This document shows, piece by piece, positions 8,182 through 19,400 of a stretch of DNA of 64,000 nt (positions within the stretch are counted from its first letter, which is position 1; each line of letters opens with the position of its first letter). This DNA comes from Patescibacteria group bacterium (GTDB lineage Bacteria > Patescibacteriota > Patescibacteriia > 2-01-FULL-39-33). Location of the stretch: assembly GCA_041662745.1 (NCBI GenBank), contig JBAZRV010000004.1, forward strand, positions 6,315-70,314, in the 5' to 3' direction. Under the pieces are notes generated by a model. It saw only the letters and a program-made list of their open reading frames with translations. It ran no database searches and had not been told where the DNA came from. A program made the position numbers and the translations under genes.

Positions 8182-10086
8182 CTAATTGTTCTGCGATAGC
8201 ATTGCCTCAGCAAATTCCTTCTTGGCCGCTTCAATTTCCAACAACTGCCGCGGATCGGAAGTAATCAACTGATCTTCAGAATATGAGGCCACCACTTTAA
8301 CGGCCACGTGTTTGGCGCCGGCAAAGAAAATACCTTCGCCCACCGCGCTTTCCAACAACAAATATTTTTCTCCTTCAGTCAATAAAAAGGTCTTTTGCAC
8401 CAAATCAATGGCCGCCGGAGACTGCTTAAGCAATAATTGAAGGGCGGAATTATTGACAATGGCCTGGCCATAAGGAGAGGTCAAAAAATCATTAACATCC
8501 TGAGTGATGGTCGTAACGCCCAAATAATATTTGCGGCAACGTTTGACCAGAGCAAAAATGAATTTGGCTGAATCTTCGCGCTGCATCAGCCACCAAGCTT
8601 CATCTACCACTAAAATCCTCTTTTTCATTTCGGAACGGACAATATTCCAAATATAATTGACAATAGTATAGATTGCCAGCGGCTTAAGCTCATCTTCCAA
8701 ATCACGGACGGAAAAAACCACCAGCTGATTATTTAATTGGACGTTTGTCGGATGATTAAGCAGGCCGGAAAAAGTGCCTTCAGTATATTTTTTAAGGCGC
8801 AAAACAATACTGCTGCCGCCCTCCATACCTTCCAAAATATCCTGAAAATCCTGCATGATAGGCGGTTCCACCGAACGCAAATCAGCATCGGGAGTGATGT
8901 CTTTCTTGGCATAAGTTTCCAACAATGCGCGATCAATAATGGAATCCTCCTCCGGCGTAACATCGCCGATCATTAATCGCACTAACCCCTTAACGGTAAT
9001 AACGGCATTGCGGATAATATCTGCCGGTTTGGCGTCTTCACCGATAGCCCGAGGCAAGTCAAAGGGATTGATTTTGCCCTCAGAATTAAGCGAAATATCG
9101 ATGTAAGTGCCGCCAACGGCTTCACACAGGTGATTATACTCCCGTTCCGGATCAATAATGATCACATCGGTTCCAAACATCATGCTGCGCAAAACTTCCA
9201 ATTTGATCGTATATGACTTGCCGGCGCCGGAAGTGGCAAACACCACGGAATTGGCATTCTGCAAGGAGAAACGATCAAACAGGATTAAACTGTTATTGTG
9301 GCGGTTAATGCCATACAAGATGCCGTGATCGGAAGTCAAATCCGAGGATACGAACGGAAAAGAAGACGCGGCCGGCGAAGAGTTTAGATTGATATAGACT
9401 TGAAGTTCATCATACGCCATGGGCAAGGTAGAATTAAATCCTTGCTCAGCCTGATAAAACACTCGGCGAGAAAAAATCAGAGTGCCGCCGAAAAAGTTCT
9501 CAATGCGTTCCGAAGTTTTGTCCAATTCCTCCAATGTCTTGGCATATAAAGTCACATACAAAGAAAATTGAAAAAAATGCTCAATACCTTGAGTCAGATC
9601 ATCGCGCAATTTCTCCATATCGCGCAAAGCGGTTTCAGACAAAGGATCGCGGGGCGCTCCCTTTTCCGCCGCGCCGATAATCGTCGCTTCCAACACGCCG
9701 ACTTTTTTCTTTAATTGCTTCAAAATGACCGCGGCTTTAACCGGAAAAAAATACATGGCCATGTCCGCCTCAATATCCATATTGATAATCGGCGCAAACC
9801 AGCCGACGGCGATATAGCGAGGATATTCAAAAACAAAAATCGTCCGAATATAAAGCTCGCCCAACCTGATATGATCGGAATTAACCTCCAAGGCGGCCGG
9901 AGCAATCAAATCCCGGACAGAAACGACGCCGCGCCGATAAATTCTCTCCTCCTCCAACACTTCGCGCGCCGTTTGCAACTCCTTAACTTCCGCTTGTTTC
10001 TTCTGCTGTTGCGTTGGCGGCGGCGGCGGAGCATAACCGACTGAAGCCGGGGTTGTTTGCTTATTGATATCTTCTGGAGTAAACAT
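8182..10086 (-). CDS. virB4: VirB4/TrbE-family T4SS ATPase, C-terminal ATPase portion of a split gene
   Basis: Walker A VFATSGAGKSYT and Walker B ILVVDEAWWL are present, at a size and arrangement typical of VirB4. Confidence 0.75.
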   Translation of the reverse strand: MFTPEDINKQTTPASVGYAPPPPPTQQQKKQAEVKELQTAREVLEEERIYRRGVVSVRDLIAPAALEVNSDHIRLGELYIRTIFVFEYPRYIAVGWFAPIINMDIEADMAMYFFPVKAAVILKQLKKKVGVLEATIIGAAEKGAPRDPLSETALRDMEKLRDDLTQGIEHFFQFSLYVTLYAKTLEELDKTSERIENFFGGTLIFSRRVFYQAEQGFNSTLPMAYDELQVYINLNSSPAASSFPFVSSDLTSDHGILYGINRHNNSLILFDRFSLQNANSVVFATSGAGKSYTIKLEVLRSMMFGTDVIIIDPEREYNHLCEAVGGTYIDISLNSEGKINPFDLPRAIGEDAKPADIIRNAVITVKGLVRLMIGDVTPEEDSIIDRALLETYAKKDITPDADLRSVEPPIMQDFQDILEGMEGGSSIVLRLKKYTEGTFSGLLNHPTNVQLNNQLVVFSVRDLEDELKPLAIYTIVNYIWNIVRSEMKKRILVVDEAWWLMQREDSAKFIFALVKRCRKYYLGVTTITQDVNDFLTSPYGQAIVNNSALQLLLKQSPAAIDLVQKTFLLTEGEKYLLLESAVGEGIFFAGAKHVAVKVVASYSEDQLITSDPRQLLEIEAAKKEFAEAMLSQNN

Positions 10087-10090
10087 AAAG

Positions 10091-10774
10091 TTAAACGAAA
10101 TCCTCGGTTCTTAATTTGTTAACATCGACCAATTTCTCACTGCGGGAAACCGTCGGATTATAAGTATTATAAAAAACCTCAATTAACGACTGGGTGTCTA
10201 AAACTTGGGCTCGCAAACCGATACTGGCCAAACCCGTTAAAACTTTATCCACGATAGTCAACAGTTCCCGCTGTCTTTGCATGAATTGTTTCTGTCCCAA
10301 AGATAGGATCTTGGTCGGCGACAGAACATCACCGCCCCTTTGCCAGAAGCTCCTGGTTTTTGAACGGAAGGGTTCATAAGGAACTACGACCAAAAAACGC
10401 TTTGTCATAATATTTCCCAATTCTACCAATTCGGTGACATATTGCCGATACTCGGCCATTTGCATCTTTAATAAGTCATTGGTCTGTTTGACCTCGGCGT
10501 CTTTCAAAAATTCCAAATACGATTCCAAATCCAATTGCCGTGACTGGATAATGATCTGCAATGGCATATCCAAAGAATTCAAGAAACTGACATAACCGGA
10601 AATAATGGCGTTCTGTTCATCCTCGGACTTAAGCGCGAAATTAATTGAAGACACCAAAATCACCGATCGCAAAGTGCCGTTTTTCATAACAATGGTATCA
10701 TCCCTGATCTCCGCTATCTGTAAATATTTCTGAGTTGAGGGAGTGGCTTTTGTGGCTTGCCGATTTTTAGCCAT
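10091..10774 (-). CDS. VirB4 N-terminal domain protein, the split partner of 8182-10086. The ORF track extends the start to 10873.
   Basis: LQIAEIRDDTIVMKNGTLRSVILVSSINFALKSEDEQNAIISGYVSFLNSL matches the conserved start of the VirB4 N-terminal domain. Its stop lies 4 bp upstream of the ATPase ORF. Confidence 0.55.
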   Translation of the reverse strand: MAKNRQATKATPSTQKYLQIAEIRDDTIVMKNGTLRSVILVSSINFALKSEDEQNAIISGYVSFLNSLDMPLQIIIQSRQLDLESYLEFLKDAEVKQTNDLLKMQMAEYRQYVTELVELGNIMTKRFLVVVPYEPFRSKTRSFWQRGGDVLSPTKILSLGQKQFMQRQRELLTIVDKVLTGLASIGLRAQVLDTQSLIEVFYNTYNPTVSRSEKLVDVNKLRTEDFV

Positions 10775-10820
10775 AAGATAAAATCTTCTATTTATGGTCC
10801 ATCGGTTGACGGACTTATTC

Positions 10821-11270
10821 TTAACTTTGATTATTGATCCCATTCTCCCCTTGGTACACGCCTCCGGTATCAATGACCAAGGCGATTTCTGACAAGCGGG
10901 ACTTGCTGACGGGTTGACGCGCCGCCATTCTAACTGCCGGCTTTTCTTCTTTAGGCTTGGCCAAATCAGCCCTTATTTCATCTAAGGTAAAAAATTTACG
11001 CCAAACCTTGAGTTTAGGATTCTTTAAAGTTTGAAAAAAGTTAAGCAAAAATAAATGAAAGGGTTGGCCGTTTATCTTGGCAAAAGCGATAATCAGGGTT
11101 AGAGCCAAAACCGCCAAGCCGGAAACGGCGAATAAAGAAAAATCAAATATCCTATAAAAAATCACGATGATCAATCCGCCGACAATAAGTTCAATGAACT
11201 GACGGACGGAAACCGGTCCGATAATCTTATCTTCAACATCCAAAAATTGTGGCACTACCACCTGTTGCAT
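10821..11270 (-). CDS. PrgI/VirB3-like small T4SS membrane protein
   Basis: QFLDVEDKIIGPVSVRQFIELIVGGLIIVIFY followed by two TM helices resembles the PrgI family. Confidence 0.5.
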   Translation of the reverse strand: MQQVVVPQFLDVEDKIIGPVSVRQFIELIVGGLIIVIFYRIFDFSLFAVSGLAVLALTLIIAFAKINGQPFHLFLLNFFQTLKNPKLKVWRKFFTLDEIRADLAKPKEEKPAVRMAARQPVSKSRLSEIALVIDTGGVYQGENGINNQS

Positions 11271-11272
11271 AA

Positions 11273-12685
11273 TTAGTAGCGTAAATTGCGATTAAGTTCC
11301 ATAACGGCATGGAATTCGTCAAGCGACAAGGTCGGCTTGCCGGCGGTTAAGCGTTCTTTGATTACCATTTCTATATCTTTGCCCTCAGCCATGGCCGCTT
11401 GCCCCAACAAACGATAAAACTTACTGACTTCATTTTTGTGCCAAGCCGCTATGCCCTCAATTTTCTTGCCAAAATATTCTTTCTCCAACAAGTCAATTTT
11501 TTCTTTAAGCTTGGCTGTTACGACCTTCGGATCGGGAGACAGGCGTCGAAAATCAATCAAGGTCATATTCTCCAACTCCTCAATCGGTCCCATTAGTTTT
11601 TTATTGAACTTTACATCGTCCAAATTCGGTCGGCTGGTCGGTCGTGGCAGAGCCAAATTGCCAGCCAAAGTTTCTTTCGTTGCAAACGGCTGAGGTTGCG
11701 GCAAAGGCAAATCCTTAACTACCTTAAGTTTAACATCTTGCGCGCTTGGGGGCAATTGTGTTTCTTTTTTTATCGTCTTAGACAGAGGCGTTAAACCGAT
11801 TTTTTTCTCTAAAATTTCAGAATCATCGCGCGGTTTGACCATCAAATCATCAGGTATCCGGATTACCGGCAAACCGTCTTCCATTTCTATGGTCAGGGCG
11901 GAACTGTTAGCTTGCGGCTTAGCGGTAACCGTCATGACCGCTTCGTTTTCCCCGTCTTCCGTCAAATCATCCGGTGATTCTCCGGAGGCGGGCGCGGGAC
12001 TAACCGGCCCTGCTGGTCCGGCGGCAACCGCTTTAATGATCTTTAACATCCGATCAGCATCGGCTTCCGAAAAATCCATTCCCCCGACTTTGCGGCTCTT
12101 CATCAAGTTCTCCTTGGTTTCCATTTCGTCTCGAACATCTTTTAGCCGAGCGATAATAATTGAGCCCAAACGCTTAACCATTACCTCGTCAGCGGCCGGG
12201 TAACCGAATGACAAAACAATAGAAGTGGCGGCTTCAGTATAATCAATAGTCCTCGGCGACGCCTTGACTGCTTGAGTGTATTTTTTAATTTCCTCTTCAT
12301 CCTCGCGGGAAAAAGTTATAACGGTGGAATTCTTTGGTTTATTTAACGCTTCAGGCTGAAACTTTCTATCAACATCCATTAAAGAAGGAGCGACTGGGGC
12401 CTTCCCGGCCGGCCGGCCGTAATATCCGACTTCATTCACTACCTCCCTAACGCCGTTAGCTACCTGATGCGCCAAAAAATCATTAAAACCGTAATCGATT
12501 TTTAGTTTGTCCGCCAGGACATCGGTCGTCACTTCGCCCAAAAAAATACTGACCACTAAAGACGTGGATTTAATGCCGAATTTTTCATCCAAAGCATCCA
12601 GCTTATCCAATATCTCGTCCGTGGATAACTTATCCTTGACTGTCGGCGGCAATGATTTAAGTTTATTTAAATATTCTTGAGGCAT
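11273..12685 (-). CDS. Hypothetical protein, 470 aa, in the T4SS-like operon
   Basis: Complete ORF with a proline-rich linker. No motifs recognised. Confidence 0.4.
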   Translation of the reverse strand: MPQEYLNKLKSLPPTVKDKLSTDEILDKLDALDEKFGIKSTSLVVSIFLGEVTTDVLADKLKIDYGFNDFLAHQVANGVREVVNEVGYYGRPAGKAPVAPSLMDVDRKFQPEALNKPKNSTVITFSREDEEEIKKYTQAVKASPRTIDYTEAATSIVLSFGYPAADEVMVKRLGSIIIARLKDVRDEMETKENLMKSRKVGGMDFSEADADRMLKIIKAVAAGPAGPVSPAPASGESPDDLTEDGENEAVMTVTAKPQANSSALTIEMEDGLPVIRIPDDLMVKPRDDSEILEKKIGLTPLSKTIKKETQLPPSAQDVKLKVVKDLPLPQPQPFATKETLAGNLALPRPTSRPNLDDVKFNKKLMGPIEELENMTLIDFRRLSPDPKVVTAKLKEKIDLLEKEYFGKKIEGIAAWHKNEVSKFYRLLGQAAMAEGKDIEMVIKERLTAGKPTLSLDEFHAVMELNRNLRY

Positions 12686-12692
12686 AATAATT

Positions 12693-13217
12693 TTAATTTC
12701 CTGCTAACTGTTGGCTCTTTAGGTATTCGTCCAACTCCTGCCGGCTAACGCCCAATTCTTCCAACAGCAGACGGCGCTCCAAGCCGGAAATAGTTGACCA
12801 ATCATACCTGCTTAACATATCGCTCCGACTATTAACCGATTCAACCGGAGCAGGTATAACCGATACTGCCGAATCATTCTCAATTTCTCTGGAAGTGTCA
12901 TTATCCGCAGTTAAAAAATCCTTGGATTGCAACCCCTCAATAAAGGCGTCAATATCGCCAAGATCATCCTGAAAATCCCTAAAACGATTTTTGGCTATTT
13001 CCAAAGCCAAACGCCGCTTAGTGCCATTACTTTGGATAACTGCCTTTTGTAATGCCAACCAAAATTCATTCAAATCAATATCACCCCAAATAACTTGGCC
13101 GATTAAATCCATAACCGCATAAATCTCAGAATCAGATAACTGAAAAGAGCCAAGCCAAGGATTTAACTGCTTTAACTCGTTAATTGTGCCCAGTTCATTT
13201 ACCTGTTGGGTAACCAT
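12693..13217 (-). CDS. Hypothetical protein, 174 aa
   Basis: Complete ORF within the operon. Confidence 0.4.
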   Translation of the reverse strand: MVTQQVNELGTINELKQLNPWLGSFQLSDSEIYAVMDLIGQVIWGDIDLNEFWLALQKAVIQSNGTKRRLALEIAKNRFRDFQDDLGDIDAFIEGLQSKDFLTADNDTSREIENDSAVSVIPAPVESVNSRSDMLSRYDWSTISGLERRLLLEELGVSRQELDEYLKSQQLAGN

Positions 13218-13220
13218 ATT

Positions 13221-16200
13221 TTATATTTCCTCCTCAAAATTTCCACCCTTTTTACCGCCTTTAATCGCCCGGGCCTTTTTGTCCCAATCGGTCGGCTTAA
13301 ATTTCGGACGGTCTTCGTTAATATCCACAAAATAATTCTCATTCTGCTTCAAAAAATCTTCAATCGCATCATTTATTTTCTTTCTTTCTCCTACCCTACC
13401 GCTAACCTGATCGCCTCTCAATTCCAGCTGTCTCTGCATCAACGTATTAATTTCATTTTGCGATGTTGGATCTCTTTTTGCTCGCAGACTTGCCAAATTT
13501 TTCTCTATTTGCTCATCTTCGGATCTTAATTTTTTAGCTTGATCAATCAAATCCTTATATCCGATTTTCACCGGATCATTCTCCGCTTCGTCAAGAATCC
13601 TTTGTTTAACTCCTTTTATCAACTCATTATTATTGCCTCTTGCGCCAATTACCCGCAAAGTATTAACATCCATGCCGCGCGCCACCGCTTTCTGATCAAC
13701 GTCTGACAAACTGCCCCACTTGATTTTTTCCGCGTCTTCTGCCTTAAGCGATCCGATAACATTTGATTTATTTTCCGCATTAACTCGGTCAGAAATACCC
13801 TCAAAAGAACCCTTGGACAACACATATTTTTTTATCATTTCCTCGGCATCCCTCAGATTCTTTGATGCTTGGTCAACAGCCTGCTGAGCGGCGCCCCTAT
13901 TCTCCTCAGTGGCATCATTTAATCCTTTTCTAGCATCCGCCAATTCAGAGTTCAATCGGCTAAAATCATAAGGATCAACGCTGCTGCCATTGCCAATAAT
14001 CGCTTCTTTAAGAGCATTATCAATTTTATCTTTATGCTCCTTACTGCGATCACCGAATTTTTCCTGCAGCTCCTTGGGCGAAGCCAGATCGCCAAAATCA
14101 CGCATAAAGTCTGCTGTCATGCCATCAACATGCATATTCTCCAAAACCTTATTGCGATTTTCGCTGAAATATTTACGAGCCTTTTCTTTTTGTTCCGGAT
14201 CGCTGCGATCATAGGCTTTGGCCACGTCATATTTCGTTGATAAATATTCTTTACGCGAATCTTCATCATAAATAACCTTACCGCTGGCATCAGTAATATT
14301 ATTGCCCTGCGCATCTTTTTTAGCAAAAGACATATGAGAAACTCCAGACCAAATATCCTTCTTGATCTCTGAAGACATGGCCTTGTCTAATTTAGATAAA
14401 TCACCGGCACCATGCTTCATTAAGAACTTAGCCAACGTATCGTCAAATCCTCCGGCACTATCTTTTTTACCGCCTAATGCTTCATTAAGATTAGTTAAGG
14501 TGGCTGAATCCATACTGCCCATGATCTTGTTTAAGTCAATCTTATCGGTCTTAAGATCCGACTCCAGTTTTTCAAGATTAATCTTGCCCTCCTTGGCGTA
14601 CATGGTATTCATGGCCAAATTGGGATTATATTTTCTCAGATTATCATCAAATTCCTTACCTAATTCTGTTCCGGTCAAAGCGGTGCGCGCCTGATTAATC
14701 AAATCAATATTATTACGCTTTTTACTTTCATCAATTTCATCATCCCTAATTAGACCCTTCTTCATCAAGGTTTGAGTAGCGGCAATTTTTTCATATTTAG
14801 TACCGCCGGAAGCCAAATTACGCAATTGATTCTCATTCTTCTTATCAATCTTAGCTCCTCCCGCCACCGCCCTGATGCTTTCATTAAATCTTTTGGTCGT
14901 ACCCGCTTCCAGAGACGCCATTTTGCCGCCTAAAGCTTCGCGCGCAAAGGGTATATTCTTGCCACCGGCTTGATAAAGTCCAGAATATAACCTTTGTCTA
15001 ACGCCTAATCTATCGTCAACGGCCGTGCCGATTGCTCCCGGAGCTTTTTTAGCTGCGGTTTTAGCCAAATTAAGGCCGCTGAAACGTTTGCCCTGCTTAG
15101 TCAAAAATTTCATGCCCGCACCGGCCCAGGAACTGCCGGCCGTGCCGAGTTTTTGACCGATAATGAGAGAGCCGACGAGCAAACCGATCAGCAAACCGAA
15201 GTTAATTATTTTTTCTACCGTACCCATTTTTGACAAGGCAAGAACAGTGGACTCATTACTGGCGCTACTGGCGCTTAGTCCGGCGGCCGCAGTCCCTTCT
15301 TGTTGTAATGCCGCACTGCCGCCGACGCCGGTAGTCTGTAAATCATAAGAAATCGTATCATCAAAACGCCCGTCATTCCCAAGGTCTTTAAGCGTAGTCA
15401 AAGAGACATAAATAAAAAACATCATAGCCGGGCCAACGATCAAATATTTTACCAAATCGCCAAGAACCTGGCCGGTATATTTGCTAGCGGCCGGAAAGGC
15501 CAAGCCAAAAAAATATAAAGGCGATAAGACCACCAAAAACAGCATATAAACTATGCGGTACATCAAAACGGCGGTAATGCAAAAGATTACGACCAAAGCG
15601 ACAAAAGTAAAAATAGTCGCAAACAGCATAGCCGCAACCAAGTTCCAAGTGCTGAACCCGGTGTCAGTCAGCTGGTCAGCTACGCCGTTCAAAGACATTA
15701 AATCAGGCAAACCTAAAGCGTTTAAAATCACGTTATAGCCGGTGCTTTGCGCCAGTGGCGCGGCAAAAGTCAACATCAGAATCTGCGAGGCGTCAATCAT
15801 TAAGCCGAAAAACATCTTAGAAAAGTTTATCAGTATCGCCGCCACCAGAATCTTAGGCATCATAGTGCGGAAATCATAATTTTTCTGATGTAAAATCGTA
15901 CCGACCGCCGAGACTAAAAGCAAAATAATGAAAAAATTATTACAAACATCCCTGATAACGGTCCAACCGATAGTAACCACTTTGTGATTGGTAAAATTAT
16001 TGAAAGTGGCAACAGCCAGCATGGCTTTAGTAACCAAAATCAAAATCCAACCCAAGCCGTAAGTCAAACCATAAAGTATCCAAGTCAACATGCGGGCGAT
16101 GACGTCAGAAAGAGTGGATTGAGCCTCTGTCCTTCTCCCTGCAGTTGCTTGCGTTACAGATTCGCCAGATTCAGGATTAACTAAATTACCATTCTCATCG

Positions 16201-16463
16201 GCGGGCATAGCCGTATCTTCGCCTTTCCCGGCAGGATTTACTAAATAATATTCGGGCGGATTACCAAACTGCCAGACTTGATATTCTATGTTTTCACTGT
16301 CAGTCAGTCGTATTCTTTTATCTGTTAATTGTCCTCCACTTGTTATATAACTATTAGTATATGCATAAGAATAATTAGCAGAAATGCCTAAAACTCCGCC
16401 ACCTACTAAGGCGGCTAACAATAAAGTTACAATTATTCTTTTGTACTTTTGATAAAACATCAC
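13221..16463 (-). CDS. VirB6/TrbL-like polytopic membrane protein, 1080 aa, with a long charged C-terminal extension
   Basis: A signal/TM segment, a secreted 100-aa region, a cluster of at least 6 TM helices, then about 600 aa rich in K, D and E that looks coiled-coil. Confidence 0.45.
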   Translation of the reverse strand: MMFYQKYKRIIVTLLLAALVGGGVLGISANYSYAYTNSYITSGGQLTDKRIRLTDSENIEYQVWQFGNPPEYYLVNPAGKGEDTAMPADENGNLVNPESGESVTQATAGRRTEAQSTLSDVIARMLTWILYGLTYGLGWILILVTKAMLAVATFNNFTNHKVVTIGWTVIRDVCNNFFIILLLVSAVGTILHQKNYDFRTMMPKILVAAILINFSKMFFGLMIDASQILMLTFAAPLAQSTGYNVILNALGLPDLMSLNGVADQLTDTGFSTWNLVAAMLFATIFTFVALVVIFCITAVLMYRIVYMLFLVVLSPLYFFGLAFPAASKYTGQVLGDLVKYLIVGPAMMFFIYVSLTTLKDLGNDGRFDDTISYDLQTTGVGGSAALQQEGTAAAGLSASSASNESTVLALSKMGTVEKIINFGLLIGLLVGSLIIGQKLGTAGSSWAGAGMKFLTKQGKRFSGLNLAKTAAKKAPGAIGTAVDDRLGVRQRLYSGLYQAGGKNIPFAREALGGKMASLEAGTTKRFNESIRAVAGGAKIDKKNENQLRNLASGGTKYEKIAATQTLMKKGLIRDDEIDESKKRNNIDLINQARTALTGTELGKEFDDNLRKYNPNLAMNTMYAKEGKINLEKLESDLKTDKIDLNKIMGSMDSATLTNLNEALGGKKDSAGGFDDTLAKFLMKHGAGDLSKLDKAMSSEIKKDIWSGVSHMSFAKKDAQGNNITDASGKVIYDEDSRKEYLSTKYDVAKAYDRSDPEQKEKARKYFSENRNKVLENMHVDGMTADFMRDFGDLASPKELQEKFGDRSKEHKDKIDNALKEAIIGNGSSVDPYDFSRLNSELADARKGLNDATEENRGAAQQAVDQASKNLRDAEEMIKKYVLSKGSFEGISDRVNAENKSNVIGSLKAEDAEKIKWGSLSDVDQKAVARGMDVNTLRVIGARGNNNELIKGVKQRILDEAENDPVKIGYKDLIDQAKKLRSEDEQIEKNLASLRAKRDPTSQNEINTLMQRQLELRGDQVSGRVGERKKINDAIEDFLKQNENYFVDINEDRPKFKPTDWDKKARAIKGGKKGGNFEEEI

Positions 16464-16490
16464 AAAAATCTAATGAATAAAATGGATAAG

Positions 16491-19400
16491 TTAGTATCCG
16501 CAGTTGCCATAACGGTTGCAGAGACGAAAATTCAAGGACGGCGAAACATTCACCTGGGCCGCCTTATAAGGACGGGACGCATCTTCTTCGGTATTCAAGA
16601 AAGTCGGCGACTGGTCTTCTCCTCCCGCATACAGGGTCACATCGTACAAGCTCGCCTCAATCGGACTGCCGGCTTGCGCTGAATTGGTTACCACTCTTAA
16701 AACCACTCGATCGCCGATTCCCACTTTATCAGCCGGACCATCACAACTTTGATTCTGACAAACCTTAAAATAAACATCGCCGTCCGCGCCACAGGCATCC
16801 AAATAAGCCTTCCAATCGCTCGGATCAGCGCCAAATAATTGTTGCAACCAAGTCGGCTGTGTCTTATAAATATTCAACTTGATCGGACTAACCACGGGAA
16901 TTGACGCGGCATCAGCCGGTTTGACCGCTGATGTTGCCGGACAACTATTTGAACCGGAACCGTAAGAATCCTTAAAACACGGCACTAAGCGGAAAATGTC
17001 GCCGTAACGCAATTGCTTATCACTCTCGGCGTCATTAGGCGCATAAACCAAATCAAGAAAATACTCAATGCTACTGCTAACGGCATAGCCGGCAAAAGTG
17101 CTGGCATCAGCATTAAAATTAAAATTGCCCTTGCTTTCGCCCCGCTCATCATTGTATTCCCCTTCTTCTCCGGTTCCGGGAGCTCCGCCGCAACCGCCAC
17201 CCACCGTGTTTATCGCCATAAACGCCTTCCAGTCATAACTGTCATGGGCCAGCGTAATCAGACTGCCTTGGCCCAAAGGACAATCAATATCATCATCCAA
17301 TGACTTGGTTTCCGGACAAACGCCATCAGCGTAATCAATGGGAGCAACATCGGCCACGACATTGCCACAATCATCCGGACTGTAATTATCAGTATTGGGA
17401 TCAATGGCTTGTTCGCCGATATCGCAATAACCGTCGCCTATCTCTCGACAGCGGCGCCAACCGCCGGTATAAGTGGCGCAACATGTTTTCTGAGTGGAAT
17501 CAGTGGGGTCAATATTAAGATTGACCTCGTTTTCCGGCAACCAATAACAAGTGGCCGAGCAACAGGGGTTGCCACTGGAGCATTGTTGGCCCAAAGCCGA
17601 GCTGTAACTGGCCGGTTTGCATTCGGCCAAAGCATCCTGCTGTTCCGCATCATAAGTATCCCGCCTTAAGACAATCAAATCCTTAATCGTTATGGAATTA
17701 ACCGAAGCCCAATTATCCCGTACCGTTAATTTAATCGGCACGTGGAAAGCAGCGGGATTGGAAGTTGATCTTACCGGTTCTTGGCAAGCGCCTTTGGTCA
17801 AGTCGTCATTGTATTCTTCAACTGTTTCCGTGGTGCCATCGCCCAAAGGCAAGATGCCGACTTTTGTCTCGCATTCCCGTAAATTCTTATTGGCTAAGCT
17901 GTCATAGTTATAAAAATGATACAGATTAAAAGCGTTAGAGGAAGTGGGGCGGCTAGCCAGAGACAAGCCGGCGTAAGATGATACGTTGCCATCGCCCCAA
18001 TCAATATCATAAGAACGAATAGGCACCTGATCCGGATCAATCTTGGAATTAAAGCTTACTTTAACCGCGCCGATACTGTTAACAATAGTGGGGTTGACCT
18101 GGGCTAAAGTGAATTCCGGCCTAACCAAGCAGAATGACAAATAAGTATTGGCGGGACGGGAGTTATTGGGACAATACAACGTCGGCAAACTCCAAACCGA
18201 GTTATTAGAGCTGATGGCGCCGGAAATATCAGTATAATGCCCTATCAAGGGATCGCTGGATTTATCCGCCTGCCATTGCCATAAACTGTAAGAACGCCCG
18301 AATAATTGCAACAAGTCCGGCTTGCTGACGGAGAAATTGTCAACATAGTATAGGGAATTATCTGATTTCTGACCGGCGCGCGCTTGGTAGGGTGGCGCAC
18401 TGCCGCCGGGGAATTCATAAAAAATCGGTTGATTACCGCCGGAGTCGGGACGAGTATCCCATTCATTGGGGTATTGGCCGTTTTCCGGCGCCACCGTAGA
18501 GCCGAAAGGTTTGTAATCGGTAGCGTAATTGTAGCCGACGGCCGCATAAATGCGGCGATAAATCAGCTTTTTATCCCTCAAAATGCCGATTGCTCCGAAA
18601 TTCCTATCATTGACGCAAAAATATTTATAATTAATCCGACAATCATTTATGGCAATAGAGGGGGTATCTTTGGCAAAACTATGAACTTGAAAATAATTAT
18701 TATCCGCTGATTCTCCGATGGGACGAGAGTTATAAGCAATCTCGCAGTTCAGGGCATTAGCCTGATTAAGATAAGCGGTGCGTTGTCTTCCCTCCAAGGA
18801 TATACCTTCAGCGCAATATAATTTGCGCGTCGGATCATCGGGATCGTTGACTCCCTGACCATTATCAATGCCAATAAAATTCTGGCATAAATTCAAGGGA
18901 TAAAAACCTAATAAAGCGCCATCAGCATCATAGAGGCGACGGCTTTCAGCCAAACAATAAGCGGAACTGTAGAAACAGCCATCAGAAAACAACTCGGCAT
19001 TGCTTGGCGTAACAATGCCCACACCGGAAGGAATAGCATCTCCGGAAATTGAACTGTCTTTAACGCAATCTTTGCCCAAATAATCCAAATATTGCGAACC
19101 GGACGATAAACGACTGGCCCAAGCTTTGTTCTCATTGCCGGAATTAACCACTTGAACCAACTTGTAGCAATACTCCACCACCTGTTTGCCGGCAAAATTA
19201 CCCACAACGGCTATACCGCCCATTTTATCGCCCATGCCGGCCGGCTTATTGAAATCCAAGAACTTGGCAAACCCCAGAACATCTCCGGTTACTGCGGGAT
19301 TGGGGTCGGTCAGATCCTTGCCGAACTCCGAATCTTCATCAGTAATAATCCTTAAGCCGAAAGTGGAAATTCCCAAGTCTACACCGGCCGCCTGGATAAG

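Noticed and set aside
10775-10873. N-terminal 33 codons of the VirB4-N ORF as given in the track
   Set aside because: This segment overlaps the PrgI-like gene end. The conserved VirB4 N-terminal domain begins at the internal Met (10774), which also removes the overlap.
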